From positions 64,001-128,000 of the IMG/VR virus record IMGVR_UViG_2974764813_000001: DNA of 64,000 nt. One strand, given 5' to 3'. Source of the stretch: a virus (taxonomy: Duplodnaviria > Caudoviricetes). Shown in pieces: positions 37,130 through 46,012 of this stretch. Within the stretch, counting starts at the first letter, position 1. The number at the start of each line of letters is the position of its first letter. A program made the translations under genes and the position numbers. The notes under the pieces were generated by a model. It was not told the origin of the DNA, made no database searches, and saw only the letters and a program-made list of their open reading frames with translations.

Positions 37130-37848
37130 AGGTCCCCGTGCTCGTTCCGTACCGCCCCGACGGCGGCCACCGTGACCGGCTGTGGAAATGGCTGCAGGAC
37201 GTCTACTGGCTTCCCTACCCGCTGTGCACCGAGTACACCGTCGTCGAAGGCACCAGCTACCCGCCCGAGGAGCCGTTCAACCGCAGCGCGGCCATCAACC
37301 GCGCCGCCAGGCTGGCCGACCTCGACGCCGACGAGGGCACCCTGTGGGATGTTGCTGTCATCGCCGACGCCGACACCTGGGTGCCCCGGCGGCAGCTCGA
37401 CGAGGCTGTGACCCTCGCCCGGCGCACCGGGCGCCTGGTCTCGGCGCTGACCAGCGTCATCGAGCTCAACGAAGCCTGCACCGAGACCCTGCTCAAGTGG
37501 GGCGAGGATGCCCCGCTGCTTGACCTGGGCATCGAGCGGGTGCGCACCGACGACTTTGCCACCCAGTCCTCCATGCTGGTGGTGCCCCGCACTCTGTGGG
37601 AGCGCATCGGCGGCTTTGACGAAGGCTTCGTCGGCTGGGGAGCCGAGGACAATGCCTTCTGGAAGGCCGCGGAGATCCTCGGCGGCACGCCGCTGCGCAT
37701 CGAGGGCGCGGCTCTGCACCTGTGGCATGCGGCCACCGATCCCATCGCGCGGCTGCAGGACCCGCAGTGGCGGGCCAACTGGGCGCGCTGGCAGCGCTAC
37801 AACGACGCCGTCTGCGAGTGCACGTTGCGCCGGGCCCAACGATCCTGA
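37126..37848 (+). CDS. Glycosyltransferase (GT2/GT7 galactosyltransferase-like)
   Basis: FNRSAAIN, IADAD, IGGFDEGFVGWGAED, HLWH. Confidence 0.87.
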   Translation: MKVPVLVPYRPDGGHRDRLWKWLQDVYWLPYPLCTEYTVVEGTSYPPEEPFNRSAAINRAARLADLDADEGTLWDVAVIADADTWVPRRQLDEAVTLARRTGRLVSALTSVIELNEACTETLLKWGEDAPLLDLGIERVRTDDFATQSSMLVVPRTLWERIGGFDEGFVGWGAEDNAFWKAAEILGGTPLRIEGAALHLWHAATDPIARLQDPQWRANWARWQRYNDAVCECTLRRAQRS

Positions 37849-37862
37849 CCCCAAGGAGCACC

Positions 37863-38378
37863 ATGCCGACCTCACATCCCGAAGGCCGCGACTGGGTCGC
37901 CGAGCACGTGCGCTGGACCACCGCGCCGGTCATCGTCGACATCGGCTGCGGCATGGGCACCTACAGCGACGTGGCCCGTGGCTGGCGCCCGGAGGCGCAC
38001 TGGATCGGGGTGGAGATCCACCTGCCCTATGTCAAGCGCTACGAGCTGATGCGCAAGTACGACACCGTGGTGATCGGGGACCTGCGCAGCTACGTGTTCC
38101 CGCGGGAGCCGTTCGTGTTGCTGGCCGGGGACGTCATCGAGCACGTGCACCGCGAGGAGGCGCTGGCGTTCCTGGCGCGTGCCCGCGAGGCCGCCGAGGA
38201 GATCATGATCTCGGTGCCCATCGTGCACTATCCGCAGGGTCCGCTGGAGGGCAACGAGCACGAGACCCACCTCGATCAGTGGACCTTCGAGGAGATGGCC
38301 GAGCAGCTGCCCGGCTGCGAAACGTGGTGCGGTGACGTCGTCGGCCGCTACTGGTGGAAGCGCTCAGAATCGGTATAG
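37863..38378 (+). CDS. Class I SAM-dependent methyltransferase
   Basis: IVDIGCGMG, IGVEI, GDVIEH. Confidence 0.87.
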   Translation: MPTSHPEGRDWVAEHVRWTTAPVIVDIGCGMGTYSDVARGWRPEAHWIGVEIHLPYVKRYELMRKYDTVVIGDLRSYVFPREPFVLLAGDVIEHVHREEALAFLARAREAAEEIMISVPIVHYPQGPLEGNEHETHLDQWTFEEMAEQLPGCETWCGDVVGRYWWKRSESV

Positions 38379-38450
38379 AAACTAGCTAGAAACACGCGGC
38401 TGTGGAGCGTGACTTGCCTCTAGATGTGCTGTAGGATTCCTACAGAATCA
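38366..38450. promoter_or_regulatory. Promoter/operator region with phased units and the palindrome CTGTAGGA-T-TCCTACAG
   Basis: Minus CTAGCTAGTTT|CTATACCGATT; plus CTGTAGGATTC|CTACAGAATCA. Confidence 0.6.
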
Positions 38451-38470
38451 CAGGCAGGAGACCATCTTTC

Positions 38471-38701
38471 ATGACCGTCCGCATCAACAACGTCAGCCTC
38501 GAAGTCGACGGGGCCGTGGTCCGCAAGTTCGACGGCGCCACGACCTCGCTCACCGTCACCGGCGAGCAGGCACACTCCCTGTACCGGGACCTGTCGGCTG
38601 TCATCGGGCTGCTCGACGACGGCACCGGGCCCGATGAGCAGGTCGCCGCCGGGCCCATGTCCATCGCTCCGTCGGCCGAGGCCCTCGGGGTCCTGGAGTG
38701 A
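38471..38701 (+). CDS. Hypothetical protein
   Basis: RBS AGGAG. Confidence 0.6.
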   Translation: MTVRINNVSLEVDGAVVRKFDGATTSLTVTGEQAHSLYRDLSAVIGLLDDGTGPDEQVAAGPMSIAPSAEALGVLE

Positions 38702-39132
38702 GCGCGCCCAACCTGCTCGACGCCACCGAGACCTTCATGTGGAAGGCCGGACAGCTCGACGCCGCACCGCTGAGCGATCACTGGGGCGATGCCCGCTTCG
38801 CCGACCAGCACGACCAGCGCCGCGCGATGCGGGTCCGGCTGATCCGCGAGGAGATCGAGGAGTACCTCGACGCCGAAGACGAAGACGACCTCGTCGAGAT
38901 CGTCGACGGCCTGCTCGACATCATCGTCGTGGCCTGGGGCACGCTGCTCGACTACGTCGGGCCCCGCGCGGCCCTGCGCGCCGCCAGCGAGGTGGTCCGC
39001 ACCAACCTCGCCAAGGTGCTCGGCCCTGGCCTGCCGCTCAAGCGCGCCGACGGCAAGGTGCTCAAGCCCGAGGGGTGGACCCCGCCCGACATCGCCAAGG
39101 CGATTGGCTGGGTGACCCGTGCTCACTCCTGA
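38698..39132 (+). CDS. MazG-like (DR2231-type) nucleotide pyrophosphohydrolase
   Basis: LIREEIEE...EIVDGLLD, TNLAK, DGKVLKPEGWTPPDI. Confidence 0.85.
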   Translation: MSAPNLLDATETFMWKAGQLDAAPLSDHWGDARFADQHDQRRAMRVRLIREEIEEYLDAEDEDDLVEIVDGLLDIIVVAWGTLLDYVGPRAALRAASEVVRTNLAKVLGPGLPLKRADGKVLKPEGWTPPDIAKAIGWVTRAHS

Positions 39133-39508
39133 CCAGATCCGCGAGGCCACCCCCGCCGAGCTCTACGACGACATGGCGCTGCGCTTCGGCCGCGACCTGC
39201 TCACCAGCATCTACAACGCGGGCAACCCGCGCACCCTGATCGGATGCACCCTCACCCACCTGCCCACCGGCAAGGAGGTCGTCGAGCGCGGCCACCCCAA
39301 CGCCTTCAAGGCACGTCGCGCCGCCTACGCCCGGCTCGTCGAGCTGATCATGCCCGACGAGACCAACTACGTGCGCCCCGAGACCGACGACGAGGCCCGC
39401 ATCGTCGCCGACCTGGTGTTCGGCCCGCGCCCGGACCTGGTCACCGTCGCCGACGTGCGCGCCGAGGCCAACCTGCTCATCCAACTGCACCGGAGGAAGA
39501 CCGCATGA
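39119..39508 (+). CDS. Protein with a degenerate release-factor (RF-1 domain 3)-like segment
   Basis: CTLTHLPTGKEV...FKARRAAYARL; no GGQ. Confidence 0.5.
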   Translation: MLTPDQIREATPAELYDDMALRFGRDLLTSIYNAGNPRTLIGCTLTHLPTGKEVVERGHPNAFKARRAAYARLVELIMPDETNYVRPETDDEARIVADLVFGPRPDLVTVADVRAEANLLIQLHRRKTA

Positions 39509-39975
39509 CCATCCCGAACAACACCCCCGGCGAGCGCCGCGGACCCCAGTCGGTGCAGTGGGCCGGACGTGCCGGTGAGCACATCTCCGCACCGACCTCC
39601 GTCTCATCGCTGCCCGAGGTGAACAACTCCTGCCCCGAGTGCGGCGGCGGCATCCCCGACGGCTCGGCCTGGCGCCTGGATCCCGACGCGAAGATCCCCA
39701 CCCGGCTGCACACCGGGTGCCTGGACAAGCTCAAGGCCCGCAGGCGCCAGGGGGCGCCCGAGGTGATCTCCTCGGCGCTCTTCGAGACACCGCCCGCTGA
39801 ACCCATTCTCAACGGCACCCCGCTTTCCGAACTGCAGGCCCAGGTGGTCCGGCCCTACCTGGTCGGCGCCCGCAACCAGGTCAACAAGGCCGCCGCCGCG
39901 GCCAACAACGACACCGCGATCCTGCACCTGTCGGCCGCCATCAGCAGCATCCTCACCCACCTGGAGAACATGTGA
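39505..39975 (+). CDS. Zn-finger hypothetical protein
   Basis: CPECG...LHTGC; RBS GGAGG. Confidence 0.6.
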   Translation: MTIPNNTPGERRGPQSVQWAGRAGEHISAPTSVSSLPEVNNSCPECGGGIPDGSAWRLDPDAKIPTRLHTGCLDKLKARRRQGAPEVISSALFETPPAEPILNGTPLSELQAQVVRPYLVGARNQVNKAAAAANNDTAILHLSAAISSILTHLENM

Positions 39976-40616
39976 CCGACGACGACATCATCAACGAGTC
40001 CCGCGTCATCCCGCTGGTCAGCGGCTCGGGCGAGGTCGTCCTCGGTGCCGACGGCTCCATCTGGGCGCCGCTGCTGCCCGGCGGCATCCCGCAGCTGGAC
40101 AAGGACCTCTCACCACTGGTCGCCGCCGCCGTCGCGCACGACTGGCTGTTCTACCATGACTACGTCGAGGGCCAGTTCGGCGGCTGGCTGGTCAAAGACG
40201 AGACCCACATCTGGATCGCCTTTGACCTGGTCCAGTTCCCCAACAGCCCCGTGGAGTGGTTCAAGGCCCTGCGCTGGATCGTCGATGACGAGGTGGTCGA
40301 AGACCTGCACTCCGGCGACGAGCTCACCACCGCGCTGCTGCTGGAGCTGCTCGGCAGCTGGCTGGGCCAGACCGTGGTCGACGAGGCCGACGGTCTGCGC
40401 GAGCAGTTGGGGTGGGCGCCCGAACCCGAAGACCCCGACGAGGAAGAGCCCGAGGGGCCCGAAGACCCCGACGAGGAAGAGCCCGAGCCCGAAGATCCCG
40501 ACGAGCCACCGGTCGACGAGGAGCCCGAAGAGCCGGGCGACGAAGACCCCGAGCCCGAGCCGGAGCCGGAAGAGCCGGTGGAAGATCCCGAGGACCCGGA
40601 GGTGGGGGAGCAGTGA
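39972..40616 (+). CDS. Hypothetical protein with acidic Pro/Glu/Asp repeat tail
   Basis: PEDPDEEEPE repeats. Confidence 0.7.
   Translation: MTDDDIINESRVIPLVSGSGEVVLGADGSIWAPLLPGGIPQLDKDLSPLVAAAVAHDWLFYHDYVEGQFGGWLVKDETHIWIAFDLVQFPNSPVEWFKALRWIVDDEVVEDLHSGDELTTALLLELLGSWLGQTVVDEADGLREQLGWAPEPEDPDEEEPEGPEDPDEEEPEPEDPDEPPVDEEPEEPGDEDPEPEPEPEEPVEDPEDPEVGEQ
40425..40505 (+). repeat. 30-bp direct repeat (2 exact copies plus a partial copy) encoding the acidic tail
   Basis: CCCGAAGACCCCGACGAGGAAGAGCCCGAG at 40425 and 40458. Confidence 0.8.
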
Positions 40617-41200
40617 AGACCGTCTTCGACATCACCGCGCTGGCCGAGCGCGTCGGCCGCTTGCCCGACGGCGATGCCCCGCAGGCCTGGTTCGTCAGCG
40701 ACGCCCCCGAGGTGCTCGCCGCCTACGAGAAGGCCCACGTCGACTACAAGCACTGGGTGAAGCGCACCCAGGAACTGGCCAAGGATCTGGGCATCACCGG
40801 CGACCGCGCCTACTTCTCGGGTTTCAACGGCGAGTACCTGAAGGGCCTGTACCCCGACACCAGCTACGGCCCGGTGCCCGAGGGCTGGCGCCGGGAGAAG
40901 AAGGGCTACCTGGTGCCGGTGCGCAAGACCAAGGCCGACCGCACCTCCGAAGCCAACAAACGGATGAACGCCGTGCGCAAGGTCCCGCGCACCATCTGCT
41001 ACCTGCCGGGCATGCCCGACTACGCCTGGGGCGATCACCGCATCTTCAGCGGCAGGCCCGTCCGCGACGGCGACAAGGCGGTGGTGGTGCTCTTCGGTTA
41101 CGACCCGTTCGCCGACGAGCGCTTCGCCGAGAGGCTCGACACCGACACCTGGGACCAGTACCCGCTGTCGGTCTACCACCTGCTCAAGGAGAACCAGTAG
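40613..41200 (+). CDS. Hypothetical protein
   Basis: GTGA overlap; coding bias. Confidence 0.7.
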   Translation: MKTVFDITALAERVGRLPDGDAPQAWFVSDAPEVLAAYEKAHVDYKHWVKRTQELAKDLGITGDRAYFSGFNGEYLKGLYPDTSYGPVPEGWRREKKGYLVPVRKTKADRTSEANKRMNAVRKVPRTICYLPGMPDYAWGDHRIFSGRPVRDGDKAVVVLFGYDPFADERFAERLDTDTWDQYPLSVYHLLKENQ

Positions 41201-41397
41201 TGGTCAGCACCTCGCAGGCGGTCAAGACGACGGTGCGCGCTGAGGCCGACAAGGGCAAGGACGGCCTGAGCATCCGCGACATCGAGCGCTTCTGCGCCCA
41301 GGCCCGTGAGGCCGGATTCTCCGGGGAGGACATCCCCATCTCCAACGTCGAGCTGGGTCTGCAGCACCTGGCACTGGTGCGCGAGGACGCGGTCTAG
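41200..41397 (+). CDS. Small hypothetical protein
   Basis: TAGTG coupling; RBS AAGGAG. Confidence 0.55.
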   Translation: MVSTSQAVKTTVRAEADKGKDGLSIRDIERFCAQAREAGFSGEDIPISNVELGLQHLALVREDAV

Positions 41398-41477
41398 TCC
41401 TTGCACTTGGCCCTCGGCAAGTTCAAACGCGCACTGGCGCAGAACGCACCAAAAACTCACCAACCCTTTCCTTATAA

Positions 41478-41546
41478 TCACATCCCTGTAATTTTGTGAT
41501 AGAATGCGTATAGAAATCCGGTAGTAAGTACATCGGATTGCGATAG
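41478..41546 (-). promoter_or_regulatory. Phased 11-bp array over a TAGAAT -10 promoter
   Basis: TAG at 41500, 41511, 41522 and 41544. Confidence 0.62.
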
Positions 41547-41572
41547 TCACGCAGATGGGAGACACCAGCACA

Positions 41573-41857
41573 ATGGGCTACCGCAAGATCACCAAGTTCG
41601 ACGACACCAGTCATCTCACCCCTGAGCTCCAGGAGGCCATCCGACTGCTCGGCCTCGACAAGGGTGACGTCATCATCGTCAGCGGCTTCGAGCAGCGCCG
41701 CCAAGCACTGACCATGGCCATCGACGCCTACAAGGACGCCGTGCCCGCTGCCGCCCTGGTGAATTACGCCGACACCTTCGCCCGCTACCTCGCCGACGGC
41801 CTGCCGGTCAAGGACACCGAGGATGCCCAGGACGCCCCCACCCCCACAGGCAACTGA
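41573..41857 (+). CDS. Hypothetical protein
   Basis: RBS GGGAG. Confidence 0.65.
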   Translation: MGYRKITKFDDTSHLTPELQEAIRLLGLDKGDVIIVSGFEQRRQALTMAIDAYKDAVPAAALVNYADTFARYLADGLPVKDTEDAQDAPTPTGN

Positions 41858-42741
41858 TGGCCAAGCTCTGCGAATACTGCGACCAGCCCGCCCGCACGCT
41901 GGGCATGTGCAAGATGCACTACGACCGCCAGCGCTCCGGCCGGGACATGTATGCCCCCAAGGGCGCGTGGAACCGGCGCACCAAGGATGACGCGACCAAG
42001 GCCCGGCGCCACCTCGCCATCGTCGCCCAGCCCCCGGTCCCCGCCCCGTGGAAGACCGGCGCGGTCTCGATGGCCATCGTCGCCGACGAACGCCGCCGCA
42101 CCCAGGCCGAGTCGCTGTGCGACCGCACCGCCGCCGAGGCCATCGTCTGGGACAACGAGACCTACCGCTTCGGCTGCGAGGCCAACCACCGCCGCGCCTG
42201 GAACTGGCTGGCCGGATCCGGTGAGCAGTGGGGCCTGGTCCTCGAAGACGACATCGCCATCCCCAGGAACTTCCGCGCCCAGGTGCAGCAGGCCCTGGCC
42301 GTCGCGCCCACCGGCGTGGTCAGCCTCTACCTGGGCCGCGGACGCCCGCCGCACTGGCAGCCCGCCATCGCCCGCGCCATCACCGCCCGCGCCACCGACA
42401 CCTGCTGGTTCACCGGACCGGCCCTGCTCAGTGCCCAGGCCTACGCGGTGCGCGCCGACCTGTGGCCCGCGCTGCTGAGCCTGCCGCCCGACGACACCAC
42501 CCCCATCGACGAGCAGATCACCGCCTGGCTGATCGCCAGCGGCATCGAGGTGTCCTACAGCTGGCCCTCTCTGGTCGACCACCGCACCGACCTGGCCCCG
42601 CTGATCGCCGCCCGCGCCGACGGCCAGTCCCGCACCGAACGCCGGGTGGCCTGGAAGACCGGCGTCCGCAAGCACTGGGACGCCAGCAGTGCACCGCTGC
42701 ACACCCCGGAGCAACTCGGCATGCAGGTGGTGCACGCATGA
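41857..42741 (+). CDS. Glycosyltransferase (GT25-like actinophage family) with N-terminal CxxC...CxxH module
   Basis: GCEANH, WGLVLEDD, VVSLYLG, PIDE, WPSLVDH. Confidence 0.78.
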   Translation: MAKLCEYCDQPARTLGMCKMHYDRQRSGRDMYAPKGAWNRRTKDDATKARRHLAIVAQPPVPAPWKTGAVSMAIVADERRRTQAESLCDRTAAEAIVWDNETYRFGCEANHRRAWNWLAGSGEQWGLVLEDDIAIPRNFRAQVQQALAVAPTGVVSLYLGRGRPPHWQPAIARAITARATDTCWFTGPALLSAQAYAVRADLWPALLSLPPDDTTPIDEQITAWLIASGIEVSYSWPSLVDHRTDLAPLIAARADGQSRTERRVAWKTGVRKHWDASSAPLHTPEQLGMQVVHA

Positions 42742-43289
42742 GCACCTCGGTCACCAGCTCGGTCAAAGGCACGCTCGCCACGGTGCATGTCGACGCCGAC
42801 GGCCGTGTCCGGCTGGGACGGCTGCACCGCCACCGCGACCTGTCCGGCGACTACAGCGTGCAGGTGCGCCCCGACGGCACCATGCTGTGGACCCCGCTGC
42901 CGACTGAGCCCGAGGACGAGACCACCTGGGTGCCGGTCAAGGGCTTTCGCGGCTACCAGGCCAGCGACACCGGCTTCATCAAGCGCACCGCCACCGGCAA
43001 GGTCCTGGTGCCCCGGTTCTACGGCGACAACCCCAACGACGGCGGCGCCTCGGTGCGGCTGCGGACCGACGAGGCCGACGATCCCGCAGCGCTCAGCGGC
43101 TACGGACACGGCTTCGTGGTGCGCAGTGTCGCCGTGCTGGTGCTGGAGTCCTTCGGCCAGCCCTGCCCCGGCGACGGCTACGCCCCCTACCGCCGCGACC
43201 GCGACAAGACCAACAACGCGCTGGCCAACCTGTACTGGGACCGCGTCGGGCGCACCTACACCTGGAAGTCCATTCGGGAGACCCGATGA
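42738..43289 (+). CDS. AbrB-like domain fused to a degenerate NUMOD4-HNH domain
   Basis: VDADGRVRL; WVPVKGFRGYQASDTG; DKTNNALANLYW without catalytic His. Confidence 0.65.
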   Translation: MSTSVTSSVKGTLATVHVDADGRVRLGRLHRHRDLSGDYSVQVRPDGTMLWTPLPTEPEDETTWVPVKGFRGYQASDTGFIKRTATGKVLVPRFYGDNPNDGGASVRLRTDEADDPAALSGYGHGFVVRSVAVLVLESFGQPCPGDGYAPYRRDRDKTNNALANLYWDRVGRTYTWKSIRETR

Positions 43290-43305
43290 GCATTGGAGAG
43301 TTCGC

Positions 43306-43746
43306 ATGAGGCTACTGGTCTGGGACTTCACCCGCCGGGCCGTGCGGTGCCAGCCGGTCATCGACGCCACGACCAAAGACGACGGCACCGGCCGGGTGCT
43401 GGGCGGCCCGCACTTCGACCGCCGCGACGACACCTGGGGACTGGCCTGGCACCTGCCCGGCGCCCAGATGTACCTGCAGATGAACGACGCCGAGGCCCGC
43501 GCGGTGCTGGAGGTCATGCAGGACAAACTCACCCCCGAGGAGACACCGATGGACCCCGACACCTCCCCCGACACCCCGGCCAAGCCCTACACCATCTGGC
43601 TGGACTACGGCAGCGAGGGGTGGCACCCCAGCGAGCCGCAGGCCAGCATCCTCGACTGCTTCAACTACATGCGCGACCGCGCCCACTGCGGCGCCTACCG
43701 CATCACCCGCGACGTGGCCTTCGAGGTCCGCGAGGTCCAGGGGTGA
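43306..43746 (+). CDS. Hypothetical protein (possible second internal start at 43549)
   Basis: RBS GGAG; internal GGAGACACCG-ATG. Confidence 0.55.
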   Translation: MRLLVWDFTRRAVRCQPVIDATTKDDGTGRVLGGPHFDRRDDTWGLAWHLPGAQMYLQMNDAEARAVLEVMQDKLTPEETPMDPDTSPDTPAKPYTIWLDYGSEGWHPSEPQASILDCFNYMRDRAHCGAYRITRDVAFEVREVQG

Positions 43747-44006
43747 GCACCACCTACTACGCCGTCGTCGAGGTCACCGAGGACAGCGGGCCGTTCTGCG
43801 GCGGGCACATCGACCTTCTCGGCCGCATGTTGGGGCGGCACGAGGGCGTCACCGGCCGCACCCCTCTGGAGATCTGGGTGCGCGGCAACGAGGTCGGGGT
43901 GTTCGCGGGGGACACCTCCTACCTGCGGTCCGAAGGCTGGAAACCGGCTGTCGGCCATCACGGCGCCCCGCGGCGCTGGTGGCAGCGATGGCGCAACCAC
44001 CACTGA
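43743..44006 (+). CDS. Hypothetical protein
   Basis: GTGA overlap. Confidence 0.55.
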   Translation: MSTTYYAVVEVTEDSGPFCGGHIDLLGRMLGRHEGVTGRTPLEIWVRGNEVGVFAGDTSYLRSEGWKPAVGHHGAPRRWWQRWRNHH

Positions 44007-44017
44007 GAGGAGACACC

Positions 44018-44230
44018 ATGCCCGAAACCACCTACACCATCGGCATCTGGCGGCCCTGGGGTGTGCCCGCGCGCTGTGAGGCGCTCACCCACCGGCGCAC
44101 CCGCTGCCGCCGCGGCTCCAACACCGTGCTGTCGGTTCCCGACCGCCGCGGCATGATCACCCGGCGCGCGGTGTGCGACATGCACTGGCACCACCGGCCC
44201 GCCGAGTTCTGGCCCCGGCGCCGGTCCTGA
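44018..44230 (+). CDS. Small Cys/His protein
   Basis: RBS GAGGAG; CEA...RC...CDMH. Confidence 0.55.
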   Translation: MPETTYTIGIWRPWGVPARCEALTHRRTRCRRGSNTVLSVPDRRGMITRRAVCDMHWHHRPAEFWPRRRS

Positions 44231-44260
44231 CCCCACCCCACCCATCCCGAGGAGACACCC

Positions 44261-44728
44261 ATGGCATCGACCCCGATCACCTTCCGCACCACCGAGCTGG
44301 CCAAGGTGGTGCAGCGCGCCATCGACAGCCACGCCGAGGCGCTGCGCGACTACAACCGCCAGGCTGACCAACACCGGCGCGCCCACCGCCGCCAGTGGCT
44401 GGCCGACCACGCCGCGCAGGTCAAGGCCCACCGTGACTACCTGACCCGCTGCCTGCGCAACGGCACCGCGCCGACGAGCGCCGGGGTGCGCACGGCCACC
44501 GGCATGTCCGCGGCCGACCTGGTCTACGACGAGGTCGGCGACTACGTCATCAGGCGCTTGTTCGGCAACCCGCCGGTGCTGCCCACCGCCGAGTACCAGG
44601 GTCTGGTGGAGCTGCTCAAGGCCCACACCGGGGAGACCATCAGCGCCAACCAGCTGCACGCGCTGGGCTTCCGCACCTCCCGGCTGCAGCAGCTGTTCCG
44701 CGACGCCGCCACCGGAGCCGCCGCGTGA
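44261..44728 (+). CDS. Hypothetical protein
   Basis: RBS GAGGAG. Confidence 0.7.
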   Translation: MASTPITFRTTELAKVVQRAIDSHAEALRDYNRQADQHRRAHRRQWLADHAAQVKAHRDYLTRCLRNGTAPTSAGVRTATGMSAADLVYDEVGDYVIRRLFGNPPVLPTAEYQGLVELLKAHTGETISANQLHALGFRTSRLQQLFRDAATGAAA

Positions 44729-45009
44729 TGATCGTCTCGCCGCCGAGCGTCGCCACCGTGCGCCGCACCGAGTTCGCGGTGAACCTGCCCGGCCTGGGGA
44801 TGGTGAGCGCGCAGGCCGCCGTCACCACCGACCCCGAGGACCCCTCGGTGTGGACCGACCGGGCGGTGGCCTCGATCCGGCGCGCCGACTACGCCGAGCG
44901 ACTGGGCAAGCTGGGCCTGGACAGCCTCGCGGCCACCTTGGTGGTGATGAGCCGCGAGGTGACCACTACCTACACCGACCCCACCGTGGTGCAGGAGGAT
45001 GCGCCGTGA
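44725..45009 (+). CDS. Hypothetical protein
   Basis: GTGA overlap. Confidence 0.6.
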   Translation: MMIVSPPSVATVRRTEFAVNLPGLGMVSAQAAVTTDPEDPSVWTDRAVASIRRADYAERLGKLGLDSLAATLVVMSREVTTTYTDPTVVQEDAP

Positions 45010-45311
45010 ACCCCGAGGACCTGGAGCACCACAACGCCCTCGAAGACCTCAAGCTGCGCGCCAGCCTGGTGCAGTGCCGCCTGGCCGCCGGGCTGAGCAT
45101 CGCCGACCTGGCCACCGCGCTGGGCGTGGACCCGCTGGCCATCGAGGCGCTGGAGGACGTCAGCACCGACCTGCCCCTGGGCCTGGTGCGCCGCTACGCC
45201 GGGGCGGTCGGGGCGATCTACCGCCACCACGTCCAGCAGCTGCACCTGCCGCTGGCATCCGAGGACCCGGTGGGCGCGCCGCAAGACAGCGTGCCCGCAC
45301 CGGCCGAGTAA
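45006..45311 (+). CDS. XRE-family HTH protein
   Basis: LVQCRLAAGLSIADLATALGV...IEALE...RRYAGAVGA. Confidence 0.75.
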   Translation: MNPEDLEHHNALEDLKLRASLVQCRLAAGLSIADLATALGVDPLAIEALEDVSTDLPLGLVRRYAGAVGAIYRHHVQQLHLPLASEDPVGAPQDSVPAPAE

Positions 45312-45338
45312 CCATCCACACATCGACGGGGGAATTCG

Positions 45339-45698
45339 ATGAAACACGTCATCTCGCTGGTGCCCTCGGGCCGGGGCGCCGGACTGAGCACCGCACTGCT
45401 GGACATCGCGCTGGCCAACGCCAGCCGCGGGGATCTGGTGTGGATGCTGGCCGGGACACCGGCGGTCAGCCGCGCGCACCAGCGCCGGGTGCTCGAGCTG
45501 CTCAAAGAGGGCAGCCATCCGCACGCGCGGGTCAACGCCCAGGGCACCGAGGTGGCCTTCGACAACGGCGGGCGGGTGCTGTTCTTCGACCCGGTCAACT
45601 CGCCGCCGCGGGGCTCGGCGGTGGCCGACATGGAGATCACCGACCGTGAGGACCTGGCCCGTGTGGTCCGCACCGGCCAGGCACCGTCTGCATTCTGA
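45339..45698 (+). CDS. Miniature degenerate terminase-ATPase-like protein
   Basis: GRGAGLST, VAFDNGGRVLF, PRG...DMEITDRE. Confidence 0.5.
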   Translation: MKHVISLVPSGRGAGLSTALLDIALANASRGDLVWMLAGTPAVSRAHQRRVLELLKEGSHPHARVNAQGTEVAFDNGGRVLFFDPVNSPPRGSAVADMEITDREDLARVVRTGQAPSAF

Positions 45699-45746
45699 CG
45701 TGCGGGACTATACGAAAACTGCTGCAATGCTGTAGCATTGCTAGCA
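45696..45746 (+). promoter_or_regulatory. Phased array/promoter for a leaderless gene
   Basis: TGACGTGC-GGGA|CTATACGAAAA|CTGCTGCAATG|CTGTAGCATTG|CTAGC-ATG. Confidence 0.65.
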
Positions 45747-46012
45747 TGACGCTGCAACTTCGACTCGACCCCGCCCACCCGCTCTACGACCCGGTGCGCA
45801 CCGCGGTGAGGCAGAAGGAGCCGCCGTACTGGTGGCGCGGCCCGCTCAAGCGCGAGGAGATGATCACCGCCACCGTGACCTTCGGCGAGCACACCGCCGA
45901 GTACGCCCTGGTCGGCATCGACGAGGCGGTCGGCAGCCCCACCTACGACTTCATCACCACCTGGCAGCCGCTCTACAACGGCTCGCTCATCGGACCCAGG
46001 AGGGGCGCATGA
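45746..46012 (+). CDS. Hypothetical protein (probably leaderless)
   Basis: ATG just downstream of TAGCAT -10. Confidence 0.6.
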   Translation: MTLQLRLDPAHPLYDPVRTAVRQKEPPYWWRGPLKREEMITATVTFGEHTAEYALVGIDEAVGSPTYDFITTWQPLYNGSLIGPRRGA

